A DNA stretch of 64,000 nt from Takakia lepidozioides (lineage: Eukaryota > Plantae > Bryophyta): positions 16,430,001 through 16,494,000 of the forward strand of contig CM060732.1 of assembly GCA_030704615.1 (NCBI GenBank), written 5' to 3'. Made by a program: the position numbers and the translations under genes. The notes beneath the pieces were generated by a model. That model made no database searches. It was not told the origin of the DNA and saw only the letters and a list, made by a program, of their open reading frames with translations. The number at the start of each line of letters is the position of its first letter. Position 1 is the stretch's first letter. Positions 23,701-36,879 of the stretch are shown here, piece after piece.

Positions 23701-26700
23701 CTCCTCAAGTCCTGCATCACGGACTTCCCAGCTCATCCTTCCGGCAAGCCTTCCGGATCTTCCTTTGGAGCGCCGTCTCGCCCTTGTACACCAACAAGAG
23801 CTGCTGCTTTCTACTTAAAAGCATCGGCCACCATTGTCCGTCCCGGTTTGTACTGGATATCCACGTCGAACACCGCCAAAGTATCTTGCCACCTAAGTTG
23901 TTTTGGGGACAACTTGGGCTGCGTGGCAAAATACTTCACCGTGACATTGTCCGTGAACACCTTCACTGGGTTGGAACCAACATAGTGGCGCCAAAGCTCA
24001 AGACAGTGCACCACCGCCTTCATCTCTTTCTCGTGTCGGCCACCGTCGCTCCACTTCATTCAGTTTCTTACTTTCGTAAGCCACTGGACGTCCATCTTGC
24101 ATCAGGCGAAGTCCGACGCATCTGTATGAATCTCGAACGGACGATCGAACTCCGGGATTTTCAAGACTGGAGCTTCCGCCATCCGCTGCTTCAATTCAGC
24201 AAAAGCTTGGCCACAAAATGTTCCATACCCAGACTTTGGATTTACACAGAAGGTCTGACAGCGGCCCCGCGATCTTGGCGAAATTTCTCACATACTTCCG
24301 GTAATAGGAGGCGAGTCCTAGGAAGGATCGCACTCCCGGGACCGAAGTCGGAGGCTCCCAGTCCAAGATCGCCCTCACCTTTCTGTCATCCATTTTGATC
24401 CCATCCTGTGTAACACATGCCCCAGGAACTCCACTTTTGTGACCCCGAATTCGCACTTTGAAGCTTTGGCATACAGCTTCCCTTCCCGCAATTTTTTGGA
24501 ACACCCTTTTGAGGTGCTCCAGGTGCTCCTCCTTTTGTTTTCGAATACACCAAGATGTCGTCGATGTACACGATCACAAAGTCATCCAACCACTCCTGGA
24601 AAAGGCTGTTCATCAGCGTGCTAAAGGTCGCGGGTGCATTGGTGAGCCCAAAAGGCATCACCAAGAACTCATATGAACCATACCTTGTCCTGCACGCGGT
24701 CTTCTCCTCATCTCCTTCCGCCACTCGAATTTGATGATAGCCGGAGCGCAGATCGATCCGGCTGAAATACTTCGCTCCTGCAACCGATCGAAAAGGTCGT
24801 CGATCCTTGGCAAAGGGTACCGGTTTTTGATAGTCACCTTATTCAAGCCCTGTAATCGACACACATCCGCAGCGTCCCATCCTTCTTGTCTGCGAATAGC
24901 ACCGGGGCTCCGTAAGGTGACTTACTCGGCCGGATGTACCCCTTTGACATTAGATCTTTGAGCTGAGTCTTCAGCTCGACCAACTCTCTGTGGCTCAACC
25001 GGTAGGGCGCCTTGGCAGGCGTTTCCGATCCCGGTATCACCTCAATCTTGTGGTCAACTCCTCTCTTCGCGGTGGCAAGCCGCTTGGTAAATCCTCCGGC
25101 ATCACATCCTGGTATTTCTCCAAAATCCCCTTGATCCAATCTGGGCTCGGCTCCCCATCGCCTTCTCCCTTCACTTCTCTAATGTAAAGCAAAAACTGGG
25201 GCTCGTGTGCCTCCTCCACGGCGCCCTCCCACGGTTTGGGCGTTTCCGACACTCGTAAGACTTCGCCACCATCCCACATGGCAGCGTGACTACTCTCTTG
25301 CGGCCATCTATGACCGCTCCGGATTTGCTCAAAAAGGTCATCCCCAAAATGAGATCCACTCCATCGATCTCGCAGATGGTGAAGTTCTCACGTCCCTCCC
25401 AACTCCCCAGTTGAAGAGGAACATCAACGCCAACCTCGTCGCCCAATTGCGGTTCTCCTTTGGCAGAACGCACCTCAATAGAGGCCCCCACGTCACTTGT
25501 CGGGAGTCCCAGCTTTTGTGCCGTTGCCGGTGTCATGAAGGAGTGCGACGCTCCTGTGTCCACCAACAACGACACGTTAGTTCCGGATATTATCCCATCC
25601 ACGAACAATAACTGACTCCCTTTACGTAAGGCGCCAGTTTCCTGATACAACTCACAAGAAATTTGCCTACCTTGCAAGTCCTGGCGACCACCGCTTCCAC
25701 CAAGCGACTGATGGTATCTTCCGACAGCTCTGGTCGCCCGAGTCATGTTCAATTGCCGGGGCTTCGTGCACTTCTTGGCCATGTGCCCGGGCTCCCCAAT
25801 TGAAACACACTCCATCAAAGGTCGCCTTCTGTCCGCCATAGGCCGCTCCACCCGCTTTTTTTTGAAGCACACCCCTCCCTTCGATTTCCACGTGCCATTG
25901 TCGCCGCCCTATCCCACTTCTTTTCCGAAGGAGTCACCTTCCGCCGGTCTTCTTGTGGTTCAGCTCCGTACGGCCTACCACCCTAGGGACATCCGAGAAA
26001 CATTCAGCCCTCTCAATTGCCTCGTTCAAAGTCTTAGGTGGCTTCTCCTCCAACTTCCGCCTGGCCCATGGGGCCAGTCCCGCCACAAAGTTGAAGACCA
26101 TTTCTGGTTCTGCCATGTCCGCGACTTCGAGCAAGCAGCATATTGAAAGCCTGGACATCCCCTACTGCTCTAGCTCCAGGAGCCAGGTGTTGAGTGCCTT
26201 CCGATTTCGGACGCCCTCGAAGGTGCCGGGTTCCTTAGGCTTCACCTTAAATTTTGCCTTAGTGGAAGTGGCATTAGCCGCCTTCAACGTCGTCCCGCCA
26301 AATGCGCCAACAACCCTTCCCAAAAGGCTGCCGGCATGGGAGGCATCTGTTTGTCGGAGAGCTCTCAGGGATTCCTCGGGCTCCGACTCCTCAGATTCCT
26401 CCCGCTCTTGAGCGGCCTCGTTTTCGGAACATGCATCGCTTCCTCAAACGGCCGCCTCGGTGACACGTCGCCCCCATCGGGCTCACCAGGATCATCATCT
26501 TTTGGGCCGTTCCGCTTTCGCTTTGGCTTGCCCGACCCCATGATGAGGCCAATCCCAAGGACGATCGCGTACTGAACTCTAAGCTCTGATACCAAGTGTC
26601 GCGCACCTCACTTCGGTAAGCTCCCCTTCAAGTCATAGTTACTCGCTTTGATGCGCGCGCCTAACTCCCAACCTGGCCGCCGGGCCAACTTGGAGCTTCG

Positions 26701-27306
26701 GCTGCTCACCGGGGCATAACGGTCCCCCTTTGCTCCCAAAGAACCCTCCACCTATTTGGAACCAGCGGGAATTCCCTTTGGTAGTTGGCAGTCCGGAACA
26801 GCTCCCCACTCTTTGGTCGCTTTCCGGCTCGCTCGCTTACTCACTAGTTTTTGGTCACCAACGGGCTTGCACCGTTCTCGGGGTTACTACTCCCTATATA
26901 TACTTCTGTAGCTGTCCGCGGGGGTTTCACAACCAGCCATGCCATTTTTATGGCGAACCACCACGAAAACCCTCGACTCCCGGTGATGAGTCGCGGTGAG
27001 TCTTGGCCCACTCACCACGGCCCCTATGGACCGTGATGAGTCCCAAGACTCCCCACACGAGGTCTCCGCCCCATGGTGAGTCCTATGCCACCCCCACTAA
27101 GTCCCGCTAAGCTACCACCACCCCTTGTGGAGCCACCCCCCCGCAACCCGGTGTGCGGGGCTCCACCTAGTGAGCGCCTCCGCCTCCTTGAGTGCCTTGG
27201 GCACTCAAGGGTGCTTCAGCCCCCCATACCTATCGCTGCCGCACCACCACAGGGGCAGCCCCTCATGTGTCCCGACCCCCTGCCCTCAAGGCAAAGGGCC
27301 GCGACA
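20721..27306 (-). mobile_element. Chromovirus, inner copy of the same family
   Basis: LTRs 20721-21422 and 26597-27306; PBS GCTCTGATACCA at 26583-26594; flanks TAAGT (20716-20720) and TACGT (27307-27311) form a near-TSD; chromodomain sequence of the outer copy is continuous across the insertion. Confidence 0.93.
22263..26545 (-). pseudogene. Chromovirus gag-pol with C-terminal chromodomain (many frameshifts)
   Basis: LVDTGASHSF; [12 protein letters not shown]; [12 protein letters not shown]; YIDDILVYS; HDSPLAGH; SMDFM, VVDRFSK, IVSDRD; chromodomain EYEVEAILKSRR..EYLVKWKGY...SW. Confidence 0.93.
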
Positions 27307-30300
27307 TACGTACTGCCTCCACCACGTACTCAGGTTCATTTTCATGATCCAACATCACAGTGGCGGACGCAACACTTGATGCCGATTCGGACGCGCTTCA
27401 TCTTTGAAGTACGGCTTCAAAAGGAGACGTGGAATACTGGATGCACCTTGCTGTTTGCCGGCAGCTCCAATTCATACACATCCTCATTCATACCTTCCGG
27501 ATGCGAAAGGTCCCGCATACGGAGGTACGAACTTTGGACTCACTTCCGGAGGTAGTCGGAAATTCTTGATGTTCAACCAGACCTCGTGCCTGCCTCAAAC
27601 TTCACTTCCTTCCCTCCGCTTCCGATTCGCCTGCCTTTTTCATACCCGTTTCCTAGCTTTGGCAATGTTGTACTTTGCGAGCTTCAACAAACGCTCGCGT
27701 TCTTCCTGTACCGCCGCCGCTACTGGTTTCCTCAACGTCCTGGGCGGCCCAACTTGTCGGCACCAGAGGTGCTTTTCCATAGACCAATACGAAAGGGGAA
27801 ACTCCCGTTGCGGAGTGTTCTGTGTTATTATAACAGAACTCTGCCGCGTCTAAGTGTTCACCCAGTCTGTTTGGTCTGCCGACACGTAATTCCGCAAGAT
27901 CTGCTTCACTACGGAATTCACTCTTTCCGTTTGGCCGTCGGTCGTAGGTCGGAAGGCGGTGCTCATCTTCAGCCTCGTCCCCATCTTCTTCCAAAGTGTC
28001 CCAAAAATTTACTCGTAAACTTTGGATCGCGGTCCGAGACAATATCCTTCGGGACTCCATGATGCTTTAAGACGTGGGCGAAGTAAAGTCGCCCTGTTTC
28101 CTCCTGCGCCGTTGCCGTCTCCTTGGTGGGGATGAAATGGCCCATTTTACTGAACCTATCCACCACCACCATGATTGCATCGAATCCTTTTGACAGCGGC
28201 ATAGCAGTCATGAAATCCATCGAGACGCTTTCCCAAGTCCCCTCTGGAATCGGCAAGGGTTGTAACAGCCCCGCTTGCTTTTTGTACTCGCTCCGGTTTT
28301 GTTGGCATGTGGTGCATGTCTTGACATACTCCTCTGCCTCCTCCTCAGTTTGGGCCAGAAATACTCTTTCTTCAGAGTCCCGCGTGCCGTTTGGCTCCGC
28401 CGTGGCCCGCAAGCGGGCTATCATGGCCAGTCTCTCAAGAGCTATCTCTGATCCCCCCTCCTTTCGCACGTAAAGACGCTTTTCTTATACCCGTAGTCAA
28501 TCCTTTTGCAAGTGGAATTGCGATTGAACCCCCCCTCCTCAAGTCCTGCATCACGGACTTCGCCAGCTCATCCTTCCGACAAGCCTTCCGGATCTTCCTT
28601 GTACGCCGTTCTCAACCCCTGTACACCAACATAAGCTGCTGCTTTTCTAACTTAAAGCATCGGCCACCCACGTTGTTCCGTCCCGTTTTGTATGGATATC
28701 CACGTCGAACACCGCCAAAGTATCTTGTCACCTAAGTTGTTTTGGGGACAACTTGGGCTGCGTGGCAAAATACTTCACCGTGACATTGTCCGTGAACACC
28801 TCACTGGGTTTGAACCAACATAGGACGCCAAAGCTCAAGACAGTGCACCACCCCGCCTTCATCTCTTTCTCGTTGCGTCGGCCACCATCTCTCCACTTCA
28901 ATTCAGTTGTCTTTACTTTCGTAAGCCACTGGACGTCCCATCTTGCATCGTACAAAAAAAAAAACAAAAAAACAACCCCCAATCGTCGAATTCCGACGCA
29001 TCTGTATGAATCTCGAACGTACGATCGCCTCCGGGAGTCTTCAAGACTGGAGCTTCCGCCATCTGCTGCTTCATTCAGCAAAAGCTTGGCCACAAAGGTG
29101 TTTCATCATGTCCCATACTTTGGACTTACACAGAAGGGTCTGACAGCGGCCCCTCGATCTTTGGCGAAATTCCTCACATACTTCCTGTAATATGAGGCTA
29201 GTCCTAGGAATGATCGCATTCCGGGACCGAATCGGAGGCTCCCAGTCCAGATTGCCCCTCACCTTCCTGTCATACATATCTGATCCCATCCTGTGCTCAC
29301 ATGCCCCCAGGAACTACTCCAACTTTTGTTACCCCGATTCTTCGCTACTTTGAAGCTTTGGATACAAGCTTCCCTTCCCCGCAATTTCTGGCACAACCCT
29401 TTTGAGGTGCTCCAGGTGCTCCCCTTTGTTTTTTCCGAATACACAAGATGTCGTCGCTGTACACGATCACAAAGTCATCCAAACCACTCCTGGAAAAGTC
29501 TGTTCATTCAGAGGCTAAAGGCGCGGAAGCGTTTGGTAATCCAAAGGCAATCACAAGAACTCATTGAACGCATACCTTGTCCTGCACGCGGTCGTCTCCT
29601 CATCTCATTCCGCCATCTTACTCATTCCGCCACTGTCCCATTCCGCCATCTAATTGATGATAAGCCCGGAGCGCAGATCGATCCGGCTGAAATAAACGCA
29701 CCTCATAGATGCCCCCCCACGTCGCTTTTCGGGAGTCCTAGCTTTTGTGCCGTTGCCCGGTGTCATGAAGGAGTGCGACGCGCCCTATGTCCACACAACA
29801 ACGACACGTTAGTTCCGGATATATCCCATCCACGAACAATAACTGACTTCCCTTTCGTAAGGCGCCTAGTTTTCCTGATACAACTCACACAGAAAATTTG
29901 CCTCACCTTTCCAAGTCCTTGGCGACCACCGCTTCCACCAAGCGACTGATGGTATCCTTCCGACAGCTCTGTGGTCGCCCGAGTCATGTTCATTGCCGGG
30001 GCTTCTGCACTTCTTGGCCCTGTCCGGGGCTCCCCACAATTGAAACACCTCCACTCCATCAAAGGTCGTCTCTGTCGCCATAGACCGCTCCACCCGCTTT
30101 CCTTTCGAAGCACCGAGTTGCCGCCTTGACTTGTGAAGGCCCTCCTTCGATTTCCACGTGCCTTGTCGTCGCGTGGCCTACCCACTTCTTTTTTCCGATC
30201 GGAAGGAGTTACCTTCCCTTCCCGCCGGTCTTCTTGTGGTTCAGCTCCGTACAGCCGTTGTCTTCACCCTTAGGGACATCCAGAAACATTCAGCCCTCTC

Positions 30301-31897
30301 AATTGCCCCGTTCAAAGTCTTAGGGTGGCCTTCTCCTCCAACTTCCGCCGGCCCATAAGGCCAGTCCCGCCAAACAAAGTTGAAGACATTTCTGGTTTCT
30401 ACCATGTCCGCGACTTCCGAGCAACGCACATTGAAAGCCTGGACATATCCCCGAATGTCATCTTTTTGCTTTCAAATTCCTCCAACTTGTCCGGGCGAGC
30501 CAAGACGCGTTGAGGGGCACAAACTGGCCTTCTTCATCAATTCCTTTAACCCACTTCCAGGTCCAGGTTTCCGCGGCTTGGACCTCGGTCGTTAAGGCTT
30601 TTTCTGTCTTCTGCCACTATTGTTGAGCATAAGCCCCTCAAGGGTGGGAGCCACTCCCCCCGATCCTCGTCACTCACTTGGCCGCACCGAAGTACTGCTC
30701 TAGCTCAAAAGCCAGTGTTGATTGCTTCGATTCGACGCCCCGCAGGTGCCGGTTCCTTAGGCCTTCACCTTAACCTTTTCCTTGGTGGAAGTGGGCTTAA
30801 TCCGCCTTCAACACGTCTTTCATTCAACGTCCCGCCAAATGCGCCAACAACCCTCCCACAAGGCCGCCGCATGGGAGGCATCTGTTGCTTGGTCGGAGCT
30901 CTCAGGGATTCCTCAGGCTCCGACTCTCAGATTCCTCCCTCTCTTTAGTGGCTTCGTCGTTTTCGGAAACATGCATCGCTTCCTCAAACAGGCCGCCTCG
31001 GTGACACGTCGCCCCCATCAGGCTCACCACGATCATTATCTTTGGTCGTTCCGCTTTCCCTCTTTGGCTTGCCTGCCCGACCCCATGATGATTCAATCCC
31101 AAGGACGATCGCGTACTGAACTCTAACTCTCTCTGATTACCAAGTGTTTGCGCACCTCACCTTCGGTAAGCTCTCCCGCCCCTCAAGTCATAGTTACTCG
31201 CTTGATGCCGCGCCTAACTCCCCCAACCTGGCCGTCGACCAACTTGGAGCTCCGTCTGCTCACCTGTGGCATACCGGTCCCCCCTTTGATCTCCCAAAGA
31301 ACCCTCCAACCGATTTAGAACCCAGCGGAATTCCCTTTGTAGTTGGCAGTCCGGAACAGCTCCCCATTCTTTGGTCGCTTTCCGGCTCGCTCGCTTACCC
31401 TCACTAGATTTTGGTCACCACCGGGCTTGGCGCCGTTCTCGGGGTACTACTCCCTATATATACTTCTGTAGCTGTCCGCGGGGGTTTCACACACAACCAT
31501 GTCATTTTATGGCGAACCACCCAACGAAAACCCTCGACTCCCCTGGAGAGTCGCGGTGAGTCTTGGCCCACCCACCACGCCCCTATGGGACCGTGAATGA
31601 GTCCCAAGACTTCCCAAGACTTCCCACCACGAGGGTCGAGGTCCTCCGCCCCATGGTTAGTCCTATGCCCACCCCACTAATTCCCGCTACGCTACCACCA
31701 CCCCTTGTGGAACCATCCCTACCGCAACCGGTGGTGGGCTTCCACTTAGTGAGCGCCTCCGCCTCCTTGAGTGCCTTGGGCACTCAATGGTGGCTTCAGC
31801 CCCCCATACCTATCGCTTGCCACTGCCCACCACCACAGGGGCAACCCCTCTGTGTCCCGACCCCCCCTCTGCCCCTCAAGGCAAAAAGGCCGCGACA

Positions 31898-32810
31898 CTG
31901 CTACGGAACCATTCCAGAAATGGGGATTGGATTTTGTTGGGCCAATCAATCCACCAGCCAGGAATACTCAGAATAAGTATATAATCACAGCCACTGATTA
32001 TACTACAAAATGGGTGGAAGCTAAGGCTCTGAGAGACAACACCGCTAAGTCCATAGCAAGGTTCCTATATGAGAACATTATCACAAGATTTGGCTGTCCC
32101 CTGGAATTTATTATTGACCAGGGAAGTCATTTCATTAAGGAGACCTTTCCCTGTTGACTAAGAGTTCATGATTGTTGCACAGGAAGAGTACAACCTATTA
32201 CCCCACAGGCCCATAGGCAGGCAGAGGCCACCAACAAAATACTATGTATTATTTTGGCTAAGATAGTCAATGCTAATAGGAATGATTGGGATACCAAGCT
32301 GTTGACAGCTTTGTGGTCATACACGACTTCATACAAGGTCACCACCAAGTATACACCATTCCAATTAGTTTATGGCATAGAAGCTTTATTTCCAGTTGAA
32401 TCTTATTATCTACCATGAGAACTGAATAGAGGAGGAGAATGAAATTGGAGGACTCCATTAAAGTAAAGAAACATGAACTATATCATGTGGAAGAAGTACG
32501 TGCTGATGCAACAGATAACATGGCCAGAATTCAGATGAAGAGGAACGATCAATTTGATGAAGATAAATTTAAGACTTTTAAGACAAGTGATTTGGTACTG
32601 TGGTTACAGAAGAAGGGAAAGATTAAAGCTTCTAAGCTTAAATCACCATGGAAAGGACCTTATGTCATACAGAAAATGTATGATAACAACACAGCTATGT
32701 TACAAACCATTAACAAAGAGATGCTTGGTAAAGTCAATGCCAATAAGATGAAGGGATACAGTGGTGTCCATTATAGACCATGGCAGCATTATTTGCATCT
32801 TGAAACATAG
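31898..32810 (+). pseudogene. Integrase core and C-terminus of Ty3 element 2
   Basis: EPFQKWGLDFVGP, ATDYTTKWVEA, IITRFGCP, DQGSHF, WKGPYVI. Confidence 0.9.
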
Positions 32811-33656
32811 ATCTGCAGTCACAGACTACACCAGTAGCACTAGCGGAGCATGAAACACTTATCATAATGCCGAATGTGTATGGCCATAGCAGATAACACA
32901 GGTGTTCACACAGCCATCATACCCCACCACAGTCTGTCACAAAACACACAGCATATCACACAGCACAGCCTGTCACAGCCCATCACAGGCAACACAACCC
33001 ACACAGGTTGCACAGTCCATTAGAACAGTGACAGGTGGACATTTGTTAACGTCAATAAAATGGCCGGAAAGTATTAAGCCAGTTTGAGAGTCAAACTCGA
33101 AGAATGTGCCAAGGGGAGACGGGAGTGTTTGAATTCAAACACGTGGCCTAAGGGGTGAAGTACTCCGCATTGCAATAACAAGCGCCATCACACAAGAAGA
33201 CAAATAGGGCCGTCAAAGTACCTACCTGGTGCATCAGCCGGAATTAATCACGAGCCCATTAATGTATTGTTGATCTCACCCCCGTTTATTTGTATGTGGA
33301 GGTTCAAGACAAATGACAAAAGATACTGAAAACCCTAGCTCTCTCTCGTAAATGAAGATGGACTAAACGGTGCTTGGCCTGAAATTCACTGCAAATAGCT
33401 GGTTTATGATTTGCCTGCATGACCAAGCAGGACAAGTGGTGCCTCTGCTGGATATTGTCACTAATTTGACAGTTACTACTGTGATCAAAATTTCCAGGGG
33501 ACGACAACACATGTGGAGCTACATAGTAGAAGCTGCAATGGTAACAATGCCTGGGACGGAGAAGTGGTGTGTGTACTGGACTATCCAGCTCTCAGGTCAG
33601 ATGAAATGGCTGCTTAGTTGAAGGGATATTACTGGAAGCATATGGCTGAAGTGACA

Positions 33657-34540
33657 TCAGCCCAGAAGCTTGGAGACCACCCCAACACCCACTGTTCAAA
33701 CCTCCCTCCCTGAGTGTCAAATCGTTGCCTGTATAGAAACATATATACACAAATGAAACCTGATATGGAAAAGCAATCGAAGTAACATGAAAATGGACAG
33801 TTGTTGCTTTTAGTACCACACTCAAACCTCAAGCAAAAAGAAAAGCTGACTCCTGCCAAAGCAGGCATAGAGTATGATGCCACTTCACCCACCCATCAAC
33901 AGAGTAAGTGGCTGACTACAGGATCACACAAGACGAGACTGTTGAAACAAGGGTGCCATATAATCAAGTGAGTGAATAAACACACAAATGCATGATTTCA
34001 TTTAATACAAAAATGACGTCTTGCTAGATGTCTGCCTTCTTGGAAAAGCCCTCTGGCACCCTCTGTACAAGGAAATATTTCCATCATGTTAGGGGTCTGT
34101 GGCACCAGTAGCTTATTGAATGCTTGCATCTCCAGGGATACCCATAGAAATTGGACATAAATATTATCGTCTGCACAGACTGTGGCACCTACAGATCAAA
34201 CATCAGACGCAGATTCATCAGGCTCTTGTCAAATTGAGGCTGATTCAGCCTTTTAACTCCCAAGACCTGTGTGAGAACAGCAGTTGTAAGTATCCATAGC
34301 TGCAAACAACGTGAAAAGCACATACCTGACCCTGATATAGTTGCTTCTTGAACATCTCCACTCCAGTGACCGTTGTTTTCAAATTGGGTCCCTGTGATCA
34401 AAGCACTGAAGAAGTTAATCACATTAGCAGATAATGGAAGATTAGTTGAATCTAAAATATTTTACAAGGAAGTTTTCAGAATTAGAGTTGGCAAACAGAT
34501 TACCATGCGAAGACCCACCACTTCAACCTCATCACCATCC
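33657..34540 (-). pseudogene. tufA: Organellar (mitochondrial-type) elongation factor Tu pseudogene; 3 exon remnants with introns
   Basis: Exon ~34504-34540 GDEVEVVGLRM|GT. Exon 34326-34391 AG|GPNLKTTVTGVEMFKKQLYQGQ|GT. Exon 33657-33728 AG|xQRFxLREGGxTVGVGVVSKLLG* with two +1 frameshifts. Confidence 0.85.
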
Positions 34541-35502
34541 ATTCCCTAACCCCCACACAGATCACCCCAATGAATGGAAGCCTATGTAGAAAACAAGCGA
34601 GATGAAGATACGGAAATGCAGCACATATGAACACACACAAAAACAGCGCGCATTAGCATCTGTGACGGCAGACAGTAAAGCAGAAACGCCTCCAAATTGA
34701 ACCCTAACAGCATCGTCAATGCACAAAAAGCAGGAAGATCAAGTTCCAAGGCCATATTTCGCAAAATGGAACAGCTCCCGCCGGTTTCCTGCATGGAAAA
34801 TGTGTGGCTGTGCAGCTCGAGCTGCGCTCATAATGAGCACACATAGAAGCCCCCCCTGCGAATCACTTGCATGCAACAAATAGCAAAAACAAGCGCAGCA
34901 AAAACACAAAGCAGCGACAATCGAGAGAAATGCCCGTAAGCAAGGTGCAAGGAAGGCTGGAGACTGTGCGCGGGAAGATACCCCGCCGCTCCCGCCACCC
35001 GCCGGACCCGTCATCATTATTATTTCGGGTGCCTGGGTGTGTCTGCACGGGCGGACATGCAGCCCCATGCGTACACCTATCGCCGGCTTTTGATCGCCCC
35101 CTCACCCTTTAGCCTGCCACGTCACCAGGTCAAAGGTACTGGAGGGCCCTGAACCACCCAATTTTGGGTACCCCTGCACACTAAGAAAATCACTGACGGC
35201 AGGGAATTCAATATTTTAGAGTGCCATAAAGACAGGCAGGTGCATGACATCCAAGGCGCACAACTTTCGTTCGGAATTTTTTTTCATCCAAGGTCATCCG
35301 ACGAAGTTACATCCTGGGTGAATTCTGTAGCCCCTGACGGGTCGCCTCGTCCATTAGGGTTAAGGTCAATGCGTGCCCCTTTTAGATACAAAAATAGGTA
35401 TCCATTGAAGGAGGTCATCCATTTTAGGTTCATCTACCTTACTATGCTGCACAAATATATTTGGCTTAATTTTCCCTGCATTGTTGGCAATGGTTACCTC
35501 AA

Positions 35503-36034
35503 TTTTTCCAATATGTTGAAAACCTTTGACACTCGTAGTCTGGTTTCCCTGCATTGTGAGGTTGCTCGTGCAACAAGGACTACTTGCACCATATTTGCAA
35601 TCTGATCAAGTCCCGATGCAATTGTACAACCAGCTCATGCACTTGTTACAAGGACAAGTGGTCCCAAAAAGAGAGTTAGGGTTTTTTCCAATGTGTTGAA
35701 AACCTTTGACACTCGTAGTCTGGTTTCCCTGCATTGTGAGGTTGCTCGTGCAACAAGGACTACTTGCACCATATTTGCAATCTGACCAAGTCACAATGCA
35801 ATTGTACAACCAGCCCATGCACTTGTTACAAGGACAAGTGGTCCCAAAAAGAGGGTTTTTTCCAATGTGTTGAAAACCTTTGACACTCGTAGTCTGGTTT
35901 CCCTGCATTGTGAGGTTGCTCCTGCAACAAGGACTACTTGCACCATATTTGCAATCTGATCAAGTCACAATGCAATTGTACAACCAGCTCATGCACTTGT
36001 TACAAGGACAAGTGGTCCCAAAAAGAGAGTTAGG
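35503..36034. repeat. ~177-bp tandem triplication
   Basis: TTTTCCAATrTGTTGAAAACCTTTGACACTCG...GGTCCCAAAAAGAG units at ~35503, ~35683 and ~35857, nearly identical. Confidence 0.95.
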
Positions 36035-36879
36035 CATTGCTGTGATCATCAGTTGCTTCAAACTCCTGACAAAGGAGTGTCCCCTCCTCACAGTTTGTGA
36101 CAGAAGTTGTTGAGTGACTGTGTTTCTGGTATATCTAGTAACTGTGTGGGTCTGGGCACCTGGTCAACATATATCCACTGAGTTTGGGGATGGGACTCCC
36201 ATCCCCCATTCGCTCAAAAAAAGGCGAATTAGGGGTTTTCACTACCTGTGGTTTACTTTTGACAGCTATGCAATCCTGCAACAGCATAGCGGGTCTTGTC
36301 GGTCTTCATTCCAGAATCACTTGGTGAAAGGTACAACAGTATCTCCTTCCCTTGGACCCATTATAACAGTACTTGTCAAATATGTTGGTATGCAGATCAT
36401 GAACCGTCAGTGTTGTGCTCCCTAAGGACACTTCACCTGTCATGGCCCAGATGCCAGAAACCACGTTAACATGAGAAGAAGTACTTTCACCAGGAAAAAA
36501 TTTAAATCACCCCGACACCCAAAGGTCAATGCATTACCTATTTGGGAGATGAATTTCGAAGTAGTGCGCATCATGCTCCCATTGGGCACCGATCAGGCAT
36601 CATTCCTCTGTGTCCTTCCCATTTGTCCCTTTACAAAACAAACACCTGCTTACATAAAATCTTGCATTCGATGTATACCAGCAAGGGAGACCTCCAAGTA
36701 TATGGACACCTAAGCGAACCTCTGAACTGAGAATAATATCAAAAGATCAAATAGTGACATACATACAATTTCCAATATGATCAGAGGACCACACACACCT
36801 AGAAACCCCTGTGGAAAGAAAGGTGGACAAAACCTCTCACCAACCTCCGACTGGCCCTTGCCTGGCCACCAGGACTAAA

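Larger units (their letters stand above)
18933..31897 (-). mobile_element. Chromovirus (Ty3 with chromodomain), outer copy
   Basis: LTRs 18933-19653 and 31145-31897 (TGT...CGCGACA); degraded PBS ~31130-31143; PPT next to 19654; gag-PR-RT-RH-INT-chromodomain remnants; inserted in the integrase of element 2. Confidence 0.9.
14672..32810 (+). mobile_element. Ty3/gypsy element 2 (non-chromoviral), degenerate, LTRs not found; integrase split by a 13-kb chromovirus nest
   Basis: gag 14672-15756, protease LIDGGSGVN, RT (KKNGKLRVCV, MPFGLCNA, FLDDF), RNase H (YYASRLL, TEREALA), integrase HHCC ~18750-18880, integrase core resuming at 31898 (PFQKWGLDFVGP), GPY module (WKGPYVI). Confidence 0.9.

Noticed and set aside
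18927-31902. TSD of the outer chromovirus
   Set aside because: The flanks (CAATG vs CTGCT) do not match cleanly and the region is indel-rich, so no TSD is claimed.
33100-33300. PPT and 3' LTR of Ty3 element 2 (purine run followed by palindrome GTGTTTGAATTCAAACAC)
   Set aside because: No second LTR copy is available to confirm it; boundaries cannot be supported.
34739-35112. 109-aa ORF as the N-terminus of the EF-Tu gene
   Set aside because: No GTPase motifs or EF-Tu similarity.
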